64,000 nt of DNA from Patescibacteria group bacterium. Its GTDB lineage: Bacteria; Patescibacteriota; Microgenomatia; Curtissbacterales; GWA2-41-24. Shown here piece by piece: positions 44,125-53,595 of the stretch; within the stretch, counting starts at the first letter, position 1, and every line of letters starts with the position of its first letter. The translations under genes and the position numbers were made by a program. The DNA lies in NCBI GenBank assembly GCA_038063735.1, contig JBBTUN010000005.1:953-64952 (forward strand), in the 5' to 3' direction. Below the pieces are notes generated by a model. The model saw only the letters and a program-made list of their open reading frames with translations. It made no database searches and had not been told where the DNA came from.

Positions 44125-46398
44125 ATGCGAAGCATAGTTTGGTTTAAAGAAGTAGATAAGAATGATATAGCTCACGTTGGTGGGAAGGGCGCAAACCTAG
44201 GCGAACTCACAAAAATTGGTGCACCGGTTCCGGATGGTTTTATCGTTACCTCGCAAGCATATTTTGATAATTTAAAGGTCTCCGGTGCGCTCGATAGGAT
44301 ACGAGGCATACTCTACAATGTGGATGTTGACAATCCGACGGCCCTTGAGACAAAAGCCCAGGCTTGTCAGGACGAAATTAAAAAGATAACCCTGGACAAA
44401 AAACTCGAAGAAAATCTCTACGAATATTATGAAAAACTTTCCAATAAAAAAAATGTCTTAGTCGCAGTAAGATCCTCCGCAACCGCAGAAGATCTTCCGG
44501 AAGCATCATTTGCAGGACAACAATCAACATTTTTAAATATTAAAGGCAAAGACAACCTCAAAGAAGCCTTGTTGGCAGCCTGGGCTTCCTTGTTTGAAGC
44601 AAGAGCAATTTTTTACCGCGTCCAGAAAAATTTCGACCACTTTAAAGTTGGTATCGCAATCCCTATCCAAAGGATGGTCCAATCACAAACATCCGGAATT
44701 ATGTTTACTATGGATCCCGTAACAAACAATAAAAACACAATAATAATAGAAGCAATTTTTGGCCTCGGGGAACTCATTGTCGGCGGCCAGGAAACGCCGG
44801 ATCATTACGAAGTTTCAAAAAAAGGCTTTACCATAAGCGCCAAAAAAATCGTCGCTCAAAACAAACAAATGATTCTTTCCGCGCATGGTAATAAAACACT
44901 GAGCGTTGCCCCCGCTTACAAAGAAGAGCAGAAACTTCCCGACAAATACATAGTAGAACTTGCCAAAATCGGTCATAGCGTAGAAGAACATTATTTTTTC
45001 CCGCAAGACATAGAATGGGCATTTGAAGACAACAAATTATACATAGTGCAAACAAGGCCGATTACAACTATAAAAAGTACAGGCAAAGACCTGGACGATA
45101 AAAGCACTCAGAAGTTTGACCAAAAAGATGTTCTCGTTCAAGGCGCCCCTGCCTCCCCCATTATAGGTACAGGGAAAGTAGTCATTGTAAAAGATATAAA
45201 AGAACTGGGTAAAGTAGAAAAAGGAGACGTTTTAGTAACAGAAATGACCAATCCGGACTTTGTGCCCGCAATGAAAAAAGCAATAGCAATTGTCACGGAC
45301 CGTGGTGGGAGAACATCACATGCTGCAATTGTGTCCCGCGAGCTTGGAATTGCCTGCGTTGTTGGCACAGGTAATGCCACCCACAAATTAAAAGAGGGCA
45401 TGATTGTAACTGTAGACGGCTCAACAGGCGTCGTTTATAAAGGGCAAAACTTAAAAGGCTCCAAATATATTGAAGCTACTTTTAAAAAAGAGCACGCAAA
45501 ACACAGTAAAACTGCAACTCACATTTACACAAACCTGGCAGAACCGGATCTTGCCGACAAAGTCGCCCGCCAGAATGTAGATGGTGTTGGTCTCCTGCGT
45601 GCAGAATTTTTGCTCGCCCAAATTGGTACCCATCCAAAAGAATTAATTGCTGAGAAAAAACAGGAAAACTATATAGGCCAGTTGGTTAGTGGTTTATCTA
45701 TTTTTACAAAGGCATTTGGAGAAAGACCTGTCATTTACAGGGCCACTGATTTTAAATCAAACGAATACAAAAATTTACGAGGTGGCGAAAAATTCGAACC
45801 ACAAGAATCCAACCCTATGCTTGGCTATCGCGGCGCATACAGGTATATAAAAGATCCGGATGTTTTTAAACTGGAGCTTGAAGCCATTAAACGTGTGCGA
45901 GAACATCATAATAATTTGCACCTGATGATTCCATTTGTAAGAACTGTGCAGGAACTTGTAACTGTAAAACAGATGGTAACAGATTGCGGACTCTTTCTGG
46001 ACCCTAAATTCAAGTTTTATATGATGGTAGAGATTCCTTCCAACGTAATTCTTCTTGAGGAATTTATTAAAGTCGGCATAGACGGGGTATCTATTGGATC
46101 CAACGATTTAACTATGCTTATTTTAGGTACCGACAGGGACAACGAAGAGGTAGCTGGTGAATTCTACGAATTAAATCCGGCTGTCCTTTGGGCCTTAAAA
46201 AAGATTATTGAAACTTCAAATAAATATAATGTTACTTCATCAATTTGCGGCCAGGCCCCGTCTGTTTACCCCCAGCTTACTCAAATGCTTGTTAACTGGG
46301 GAATAACCTCAATTTCCGTTAACCCGGATGTTATTGACTCAACACGCAAACTTGTCTATGAAGCAGAACATCATTTACTAAGCAGAGAAAAGGACTAA
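44125..46398 (+). CDS. ppsA: phosphoenolpyruvate synthase (pyruvate, water dikinase)
   Basis: 'VGGKGANLGEL', phospho-His domain 'GGRTSHAAIVSRELGIACVVG', and a C-terminal PEP-utilising TIM barrel. Confidence 0.85.
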   Translation: MRSIVWFKEVDKNDIAHVGGKGANLGELTKIGAPVPDGFIVTSQAYFDNLKVSGALDRIRGILYNVDVDNPTALETKAQACQDEIKKITLDKKLEENLYEYYEKLSNKKNVLVAVRSSATAEDLPEASFAGQQSTFLNIKGKDNLKEALLAAWASLFEARAIFYRVQKNFDHFKVGIAIPIQRMVQSQTSGIMFTMDPVTNNKNTIIIEAIFGLGELIVGGQETPDHYEVSKKGFTISAKKIVAQNKQMILSAHGNKTLSVAPAYKEEQKLPDKYIVELAKIGHSVEEHYFFPQDIEWAFEDNKLYIVQTRPITTIKSTGKDLDDKSTQKFDQKDVLVQGAPASPIIGTGKVVIVKDIKELGKVEKGDVLVTEMTNPDFVPAMKKAIAIVTDRGGRTSHAAIVSRELGIACVVGTGNATHKLKEGMIVTVDGSTGVVYKGQNLKGSKYIEATFKKEHAKHSKTATHIYTNLAEPDLADKVARQNVDGVGLLRAEFLLAQIGTHPKELIAEKKQENYIGQLVSGLSIFTKAFGERPVIYRATDFKSNEYKNLRGGEKFEPQESNPMLGYRGAYRYIKDPDVFKLELEAIKRVREHHNNLHLMIPFVRTVQELVTVKQMVTDCGLFLDPKFKFYMMVEIPSNVILLEEFIKVGIDGVSIGSNDLTMLILGTDRDNEEVAGEFYELNPAVLWALKKIIETSNKYNVTSSICGQAPSVYPQLTQMLVNWGITSISVNPDVIDSTRKLVYEAEHHLLSREKD

Positions 46399-46408
46399 AA
46401 GCAAAAAA

Positions 46409-47665
46409 ATGGCAAAAATTAAAAAAATAATTGGCCGCGAAGTATTAGATAGCCGTGGTTACCCGACAGTTGAAGCTATAGTTCAATTAGACGACGGGGC
46501 AGTCGGTAGTTTTGCGGCCCCATCAGGTTCCTCAATCGGCAGACACGAAGCAGTTGAACTTCGGGACGGCGACATAAAAAGGTACGGCGGTAAGGGAGTC
46601 TTGAAATGCTTGCACAACATTTTATATGTACTTGCCCCAAGAATAATCGGCAAAGATGCAGCTAACCAGGTAGAAATAGATAAAGAGATGATTCAGGCAG
46701 ACGGTACCAGTGATAAATCCAGGTTAGGTGCAAATACAATTCTTGCTATTTCGGCAGCTGTTGCCAAAGCCCAAAGTGCCTCGGAGCACAGCACTGTTTA
46801 CAAGTATATCTCAAAACTCTTAAGCGGCACCGCCTCCGAAAAATTCGAAATTCCGACCATCATGTTCAACATTTTAAATGGAGGTAAACATGGTGGCGGG
46901 AATACGGATTTCCAGGAATTTATGATCGTACCTCCACAGGCCACTTCGTACTCGTCAAACCTTCGCGTAGGCAGTGAAATTTATTACGCGCTGAAAGAAG
47001 TCATCGCGAACCATAGCGGTATTACTTTAATTGGTGACGAGGGTGGTTATGCACCAGTCTTATACACTAACGCAGATGCATTAAAAATTATAGAGGAATC
47101 TATTCAAAAGGCCGGATATAGTTTAGGCATGGATGTCTTTTTTTCGCTCGACATTGCCGCTTCTTACTTTATGGAGGGTAACAGTTACAAAATTAAAGAC
47201 AGGCCGGTTGCTCTTTCTACAAACGATTTTATCGATTACTTCGCTACTCTAAACGAGCAGTACCACATTCTATCACTTGAAGACCCGCTCTCCGAAGACG
47301 ACTGGGACGGATGGGCACTTATTACCCAGAAGTTGGGTTCAAAAACACTAATAGTCGGTGACGATCTAATAACAACAAACTTGGCACGCCTGAATAAAGC
47401 TATAGAAAAAAAATCTTGTAACGCAATTGTTGTAAAACCAAACCAGGTGGGAACCATAACGGAGACACTGGAAGTTGTAAAAAGAGCCAAAGAAGCCAAC
47501 TTTAAAATCGTTGTATCACACAGATCCGGTGAAACAAATGAGGATTTTATTGCCGATTTTGCTGTTGGCATCAACGCGGACTATGCAAAATTTGGCGCCC
47601 CGGCAAGAGGAGAGCGTGTCGCCAAATATAATAGACTTTTGGAAATAGAATACGAATTGTCCTAA
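46409..47665 (+). CDS. eno: enolase
   Basis: 'EVLDSRGYPTVEA' and 'SHRSGETED'-like motif 'VSHRSGETNEDFIADFAVG'. Confidence 0.9.
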   Translation: MAKIKKIIGREVLDSRGYPTVEAIVQLDDGAVGSFAAPSGSSIGRHEAVELRDGDIKRYGGKGVLKCLHNILYVLAPRIIGKDAANQVEIDKEMIQADGTSDKSRLGANTILAISAAVAKAQSASEHSTVYKYISKLLSGTASEKFEIPTIMFNILNGGKHGGGNTDFQEFMIVPPQATSYSSNLRVGSEIYYALKEVIANHSGITLIGDEGGYAPVLYTNADALKIIEESIQKAGYSLGMDVFFSLDIAASYFMEGNSYKIKDRPVALSTNDFIDYFATLNEQYHILSLEDPLSEDDWDGWALITQKLGSKTLIVGDDLITTNLARLNKAIEKKSCNAIVVKPNQVGTITETLEVVKRAKEANFKIVVSHRSGETNEDFIADFAVGINADYAKFGAPARGERVAKYNRLLEIEYELS

Positions 47666-49264
47666 ATGCTCCGGATTACAACTAAACCTCGACCGCTCGT
47701 CCTTTGTATTTTAGACGGCTGGGGTGTTGCAGATGCGGGTCAGGGTAACGCCATAACTCTGGCCAACCCCCAAAATTTTAACGACTTTTGGTTTTCATAC
47801 CCCCACACTTTATTAGTTGCCTCCGGCCAGGCGGTTGGTTTACCGGACGGTATTTTTGGCAATTCCGAAGTAGGACACATCAACTTAGGGGCGGGTCGCG
47901 TAGTCTTTCAGGATCTCCTGCGTCTTAACAATGCCATAGCAGATGGCACTTTTTTTGAGAACGAAGCATTTCTACAAGTACTGGATCATGTCAACAAAAA
48001 CGGCACGAACATTCATTTAATGGGGCTTGTGGGCCTGGGTGCAGTACACAGCGATATTAGCCACCTTTACTCCCTCCTGTCTTTTCTTCAAAGGAACAAA
48101 GTTTCCCCTTCTCGAATAAAACTACATTTGTTTACTGATGGTCGTGACAGCCCCCCAAATGCCTCCAAAGCTGTGATAGCCGGCCTTGAAGAAAAATTAG
48201 CTCGCGAGAATACCGGCCAAATAGCCTCAATAGGTGGCAGATACTACGGAATGGACCGTGATAACAGATGGGATAGAACAGAAAAAGCCTACATTGCAAT
48301 AACGGGCAAGGGTACAGAAAAAGAAAAAAGCGCGCAACTTGTAATTGATAAGTCCTATGCCGCCGGCGTTACCGATGAATTTATCATTCCGCACACTATT
48401 GTCGACGAATCCGGCGTGCCGATTGGACCTATCACCGAAAATGATGGTGTCATATTTTTTAACTACCGGCCGGACAGGGCAAGACAAATTAGTAAGGCTT
48501 TTGTCCTGGACAATCTATCCAACTTAAAAACTTCATCCGGTGAAAAAGTTCAGGGTTTTAACCGGGGCGCCAAAATCAAAAACCTATGCTTTGTTTCTCT
48601 GACAAGATATGAGCGTGATTTGCCAGTAAGCAAGGTTGCCTTTAGTCCGGAAGAGGTAACAATGCCAATTGCACGGATATTTTCAGAACGCAGCATGAAT
48701 CAATTGCATATCGCCGAAACAGAAAAATACGCGCACGTTACTTACTTTTTTAACGGCGGCCTGGAGCAGCCGTTCCCGGCAGAAGATAGAGTACTTATTA
48801 ATTCACAAAAAGTAGATTCATACACCCAGGCGCCGGAAATGTCAGCGCCTACAATAACAGAAAAATTAATTGCAAAAATTTATACTCAAAATTATGACTT
48901 TATAATCGTAAATTACGCAAACGCGGACATGGTTAGCCACAGTGGCAACATAGAAGCTACTGTCAGGGGAGTTCAAACTATAGATAAATGCTTAGGAATG
49001 CTTGCCAAAGCAGTTTTAAATGCCGGGGGAGGCATGATAATAACGGCCGATCATGGAAATGCCGAAGTTATGCTAAGGGTTGGTACAAACGAACCCGACA
49101 CCGAGCACAACATCAGCCCGGTACCTGTGCTATTTATATTTAACGACCTTAAAGGTCAAAACCTGCAATTACCTCAGGGGCTCTTGGCAGATATTGCCCC
49201 AACGATACTCAGCATTCTGCAAATTCCCAAGCCTTCGCAAATGACCGGCCGCAGCCTGCTTTAA
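47666..49264 (+). CDS. gpmI: 2,3-bisphosphoglycerate-independent phosphoglycerate mutase
   Basis: 'LCILDGWG', 'SEVGHINLGAGR', 'TADHGNAE'. Confidence 0.9.
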   Translation: MLRITTKPRPLVLCILDGWGVADAGQGNAITLANPQNFNDFWFSYPHTLLVASGQAVGLPDGIFGNSEVGHINLGAGRVVFQDLLRLNNAIADGTFFENEAFLQVLDHVNKNGTNIHLMGLVGLGAVHSDISHLYSLLSFLQRNKVSPSRIKLHLFTDGRDSPPNASKAVIAGLEEKLARENTGQIASIGGRYYGMDRDNRWDRTEKAYIAITGKGTEKEKSAQLVIDKSYAAGVTDEFIIPHTIVDESGVPIGPITENDGVIFFNYRPDRARQISKAFVLDNLSNLKTSSGEKVQGFNRGAKIKNLCFVSLTRYERDLPVSKVAFSPEEVTMPIARIFSERSMNQLHIAETEKYAHVTYFFNGGLEQPFPAEDRVLINSQKVDSYTQAPEMSAPTITEKLIAKIYTQNYDFIIVNYANADMVSHSGNIEATVRGVQTIDKCLGMLAKAVLNAGGGMIITADHGNAEVMLRVGTNEPDTEHNISPVPVLFIFNDLKGQNLQLPQGLLADIAPTILSILQIPKPSQMTGRSLL

Positions 49265-49295
49265 ATTTCCAGGTTAAAATGTTTATAATCACTCA

Positions 49296-50008
49296 ATGGT
49301 TATTGAACATGCCGCCAGGACAGTGGATACAGCAGAAGGAATCACGCCAAGACAGCCACTCCTTTCGATGGTCGTGCTGGAACCTTTATTTTTAGGTCGT
49401 ACAATTTCAGAAGCAAACATACCCTTAATATTTCAAGGAAGAGAAACCAGCACCGAAAGGGAAGTCGTTTTAGAAGCAAAAGCCGGGGAAGACCAAGCGC
49501 AAGCATGTATTTATGTTGCTTACCATGACAGAGTCGCCCTTTATGTTCTTGCCAGAACAGGGCGCATAGAAACAGCTGAAGACCTAGCAGGGGATACCAT
49601 GGGCAAAGTGCTAAGTAGCGTTGGTGGCTTTGAATTTCGAGAAGGTATTGAGTTTTCATCTTGGGTTTTTAGAATTGCGCATAATCTCGTAGCAAGCTTC
49701 TACAGGAAAATGGGCAGACAAGGACAAGAATTACTCGTTCGCTTGCAGATGACGTGGATCACGAACATCTTACCGCCATGCACAAAGACGATATTGAACT
49801 GCAAGCTATCGGGAAATTACTATATGAATCTGCTGTCAGCAAAATAAAAGAGCTGCCGGAAAGGCAACGCCAGGCAGTACACTTAAGATTTGTGAAGGGC
49901 CTATCTGTAGCAAGAACAGCGGAAGAAATGGTAACAAACAAAGGAAATGTGAGAGCTCTTCAGCATAAAGGCATGGCTAGATTAAAAAAGTTTCTGATAG
50001 AACAGTAA
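49296..50008 (+). pseudogene. sigma-70 family (ECF-like) RNA polymerase sigma factor interrupted by a frameshift near 49745
   Basis: Region 2 ('AEDLAGDTMGKVL...FSSWVFRIAHNLVASFYRK') is in frame 0 and ends at 49847. Region 4 ('ELPERQRQAVHLRFVKGLSVARTAEEM...ALQHKGMARLKK') is in frame 2 from about 49742. The two frames overlap by about 100 nt. Confidence 0.5.
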
Positions 50009-50009
50009 A

Positions 50010-50708
50010 CTACAGAACTATCACAAACTCGCCCTTTGGCGGGTGCTCTGCGAAGTGCTGGATAACAACAGTTACTTTTTGTCGCAAAACCTCTTCGTGC
50101 AATTTAGTAAGCTCCCGGCAAACGACAATATCAATGTCCCCGAAAATCTCATTTATCGCTTCTAAAGTTTTTAAAACCCTAAAAGGGGACTCATAAATAA
50201 TAAACGTGGTCTTTATGATCTCACCAACCTTTTTAATGTCTGCAAGTTGATTCCTGCGCTTGCCGTCTTTTTTAGATAAATAACCCACAAACATAAATTT
50301 ATCGGTGGGTTTGCCGGAAACCGTCAAAGCAGAGATTACAGCAGATGCTCCCGGTATTGCCGCAATCGTGATATTTTTAGAAGCCGCTTCTCTCACAAGC
50401 TTAAATCCCGGGTCCGAAATTAAGGGTGTTCCGGCATCGGAAACGAGTGCAATACACAGACCTTTTTCCAGGTCCCCCATCACAGAATTTATCACTCTCT
50501 CCTCGTTAAAATCATTAAAAACTACCATTTTTTTATGAATATCATATGCGCTAAGGAGTTTACCGGTAACTCTGGTGTCTTCGCACAAAATATAATCTAC
50601 ACTACCTAGCGTCTCAACGGCGCGATGTGTTATGTCCTTTAAATTACCAATGGGTGTGGATACAATGAAAAGAGGCATACTAACAGTGTATTGTATCTCG
50701 TTTATCAT
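50010..50708 (-). CDS. rsmI: 16S rRNA (cytidine1402-2'-O)-methyltransferase
   Basis: 'LFIVSTPIGNLKDIT...YILCEDTR' tetrapyrrole-methylase fold typical of RsmI. Confidence 0.85.
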   Translation of the reverse strand: MINEIQYTVSMPLFIVSTPIGNLKDITHRAVETLGSVDYILCEDTRVTGKLLSAYDIHKKMVVFNDFNEERVINSVMGDLEKGLCIALVSDAGTPLISDPGFKLVREAASKNITIAAIPGASAVISALTVSGKPTDKFMFVGYLSKKDGKRRNQLADIKKVGEIIKTTFIIYESPFRVLKTLEAINEIFGDIDIVVCRELTKLHEEVLRQKVTVVIQHFAEHPPKGEFVIVL

Positions 50709-50776
50709 TTAATGTCTTTCTATGAAGTATGAACAATGAACTATCAACCACTAACCATTAACCATCGACTAGTTTA

Positions 50777-51409
50777 ATGATCACAGAAGCACTTATTAAT
50801 TTCGCGACAAATATAATCCAGTCGATGGGCTACCCCGGTATCTTCCTCCTAATGACTGCCGAGTCCATGTTCATTCCCTTTCCTTCGGAAATAACCATGA
50901 CATTTTCCGGTTTTTTGGTCAGCAGCGGCCATTTCAACTTTTTCCTGGTCGTACTATCTGGTGGTCTGGGTAACGTACTAGGTTCGTCAGTCGCTTATTA
51001 TCTTGGTCACAGCCTAAAGCACAAAGTTATTAATAAAATAATAGAAAAATATGGCAAATTTCTTTTTGTTACCAAAGAAGAATTCACAAGCACCGAATCC
51101 CTTTTTAAAAAACACGGCTCGTGGATCATCGTGGCCTCAAGATTTATCCCTGGCGTCAGGGCTATTATTTCTGTACCTGCCGGTGCAGCGCACATACCTT
51201 ATCCGTCATTTATCCTGTATACGGCTCTGGGTTCTTTAGCCTGGAGTTTTATTCTAGTCTATGCCGGTACTATTTTAGGATCCAATTGGCAAGTTGTACG
51301 CACACTACTTCACAAATTTGACACAATCATTTTGGTTGTAACTCCAGTATTGATAGCTGCCTACATTTGGCATAAATTCAGAAAAAACCTAAGTGTTCAA
51401 AAAACTTAA
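50777..51409 (+). CDS. DedA/SNARE-associated family membrane protein
   Basis: 'YPGIFLLMTAESMFIPFPSE' and 'ASRFIPGVRAIISVPAG'. Confidence 0.8.
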   Translation: MITEALINFATNIIQSMGYPGIFLLMTAESMFIPFPSEITMTFSGFLVSSGHFNFFLVVLSGGLGNVLGSSVAYYLGHSLKHKVINKIIEKYGKFLFVTKEEFTSTESLFKKHGSWIIVASRFIPGVRAIISVPAGAAHIPYPSFILYTALGSLAWSFILVYAGTILGSNWQVVRTLLHKFDTIILVVTPVLIAAYIWHKFRKNLSVQKT

Positions 51410-51472
51410 CTTCCGGTCAAACAATCAAATCTTTAGAAATCTGATAAGATTAATCTAGAAACGTACTTCACC

Positions 51473-52819
51473 ATGGTTAAGTTGCCTGATGAACCAATTG
51501 CCAAAGCAGAAAGAACTGAAACCTCGCGTCCTCCATTAAAGAAAAAGAGGGCTGGACGGCTCTTGCGGATTCTTGGTCCCGGAATCGTAACCGGTGCAGC
51601 CGATGACGATCCATCAGGCATAGCAACATATTCCCAGGCTGGTGCCCAGTTTGGCTTCAATTTGCCATGGACCATGCTGTTTACCTACCCCTTGATGACG
51701 GCAGTCCAGGAAGCTTGTGCACGTGTAGGAGCGGTAACGGGCAAAGGACTTGCTGCAGCTGTTCGTGACCATTATCCTAAGAAGGTACTATATCCTGTGG
51801 TTGCGCTTGTAGTAACAGCCAATACATTTAATATTGGCTCCGATATTGGTGCCATGGCAGCAAGCACCCGCTTACTTTTGCCAAATGTACCATTCGGTCT
51901 ATTGGCACTTGGTTTCGCTGTAATCATCTTGCTGCTAGAGGTTTTTGTTACCTATAAAACGTATATACGCCTCCTGAAATGGCTGGCAATGGCCCTCTTT
52001 GCATACTTTATTACCGCATTTTTGATTTCTGTACCGTGGGTAGAAGTATTAAAAGCAACTTTAGTGCCCCATCTCGAATGGAATAAAGATTTTCTCTTCA
52101 TTATCGTTGGCATCTTCGGTACGACCATTTCTCCGTACCTATTTTTCTGGGAAACTAGCAATATAGTTGAAGATGAGATATCCGAACATCGACTGGCAGA
52201 AAGTGGAGGCGTGCCTAAACTAACTAAGCCTTACCTAAAAAGGCTTCGGATTGATAATGCTGTTGGTATGCTATTCTCCAACGTAAGCGCCTGGTTTATT
52301 ATTGTGGTGGGTGCAGTGGTGCTAAACCAGGCAGGAGTGACAAACATAACCAGTGCAGCGGACGCTGCCAGGGCTCTTGAGCCGCTTGTGCACAGTTTCC
52401 CGAATGCAGGCTTTTTGGCCAAGTTAATCTTCTCTATTGGTGTAATAGGAATCGGACTTCAGAGCATACCGGTCCTGGCAGGTTCCTCGTCTTATGCTAT
52501 CGCGGAAACATTTAATTGGCGGGAAGGTCTTTTCCGCAAGTTTAAGCAAGCCCGTGAGTTCTATTTTGTAATCATTATCGGAACATTGGTTGGGTTGATG
52601 TTTAACTTTATTGGCTTCGACCCTATTAAAGCCCTGGTTTTGACAGCCGTTTTCAATGGGATAGCGGCAGTTCCGCTCATATTCCTTATAGCACGAATAT
52701 CGAGCAGGGAAGACATCATGGGAGAACATAAAAGCGGCATATGGTCTAAGCTGGGGCTTTGGATTACGTTTTCTGTCATGGGGATTTTTGCCATAGCACT
52801 ACTTACATCGTTTCTTTGA
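51473..52819 (+). CDS. mntH: Nramp family divalent metal cation transporter
   Basis: 'GPGIVTGAADDDPSGIATYSQAGAQFG' and 11-12 TM helices. Confidence 0.85.
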   Translation: MVKLPDEPIAKAERTETSRPPLKKKRAGRLLRILGPGIVTGAADDDPSGIATYSQAGAQFGFNLPWTMLFTYPLMTAVQEACARVGAVTGKGLAAAVRDHYPKKVLYPVVALVVTANTFNIGSDIGAMAASTRLLLPNVPFGLLALGFAVIILLLEVFVTYKTYIRLLKWLAMALFAYFITAFLISVPWVEVLKATLVPHLEWNKDFLFIIVGIFGTTISPYLFFWETSNIVEDEISEHRLAESGGVPKLTKPYLKRLRIDNAVGMLFSNVSAWFIIVVGAVVLNQAGVTNITSAADAARALEPLVHSFPNAGFLAKLIFSIGVIGIGLQSIPVLAGSSSYAIAETFNWREGLFRKFKQAREFYFVIIIGTLVGLMFNFIGFDPIKALVLTAVFNGIAAVPLIFLIARISSREDIMGEHKSGIWSKLGLWITFSVMGIFAIALLTSFL

Positions 52820-52898
52820 AAACTTTTAATTTACAACTACAACAATATCAACTTTTCCTAAAAGTTAAATGTCAAAATATTAAAGGAAAAAAAAGAAA

Positions 52899-53519
52899 TT
52901 AGTTCTGGTATCGCCTGATGACTCCAACACACTTACCTTGGATAGTTACGTTTTTAGTAATGATAGGCTGCATTGCGGGGTTTGCAGGCATCAACCTTAC
53001 CTGGTCTTTGTCTCTATAAAACCTCTTTAGTGTAACAACCCCATTTTCCATCATAGCAACGACAATATCGCCATTTCTCGCCTGATTTGTTTCCTCAATG
53101 ACTACAAAATCACCGTCCAGTATTCCGTCGTCTATCATGCTTTCGCCTTTAACTTGCAATACATAAGATTTTTTATTGGCAGAAACCATGTTTCCGGCAA
53201 CGGCAAATGTTGCTGTCGGGTCTGTGTATGGTTCAATTGGTGCACCGGCTGCAATAAAACCGGCAAGAGGTAGTTCAATACCTTTTACAATATTACCGAT
53301 CTTTTTATCAATTAACTCAATACTTCGTGCAAGGCCGTTTGATTTTTTAATAAGGCCCTTTTTCTCAAGTGCGCCTAGGTGCTCATGGACTGTTGCTAAA
53401 GATTTAACGCCAAGATACTTTGCAATTTCCGATAAAGTTGGAGCATGGCCATACTGGTCTATATAGCCGTTTAAAAAATCCAGAATCTCTCTTTGTCTTT
53501 TATAAATTACAACTGTCAT
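52899..53519 (-). CDS. lexA: LexA repressor (start taken at the internal Met 'MTVVIYKRQREILDFL')
   Basis: wHTH N-terminus and an S24 peptidase C-terminus with 'VKGESMIDDGILDGDFVVI' (Ser) and 'VTLKRFY' (Lys). Confidence 0.85.
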   Translation of the reverse strand: MTVVIYKRQREILDFLNGYIDQYGHAPTLSEIAKYLGVKSLATVHEHLGALEKKGLIKKSNGLARSIELIDKKIGNIVKGIELPLAGFIAAGAPIEPYTDPTATFAVAGNMVSANKKSYVLQVKGESMIDDGILDGDFVVIEETNQARNGDIVVAMMENGVVTLKRFYRDKDQVRLMPANPAMQPIITKNVTIQGKCVGVIRRYQN

Positions 53520-53525
53520 GCGCTC

Positions 53526-53555
53526 AATATACCCCGAAGATAACCCGAATGTCAA
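53526..53555 (-). promoter_or_regulatory. sigma-70-like promoter for lexA
   Basis: Minus strand reads TTGACA, then an 18-nt spacer, then TATATT, then 6 nt to the ATG, which would give a near-leaderless transcript. Confidence 0.4.
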
Positions 53556-53595
53556 GAGTATATAATCATTAAAAATGGGTTATAATGCAGTTTCT

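Noticed and set aside
49735-49760. Programmed -1 ribosomal frameshift in the sigma factor gene
   Set aside because: There is no slippery heptamer or downstream structure at the frame switch. A pseudogene or an indel error is more parsimonious.
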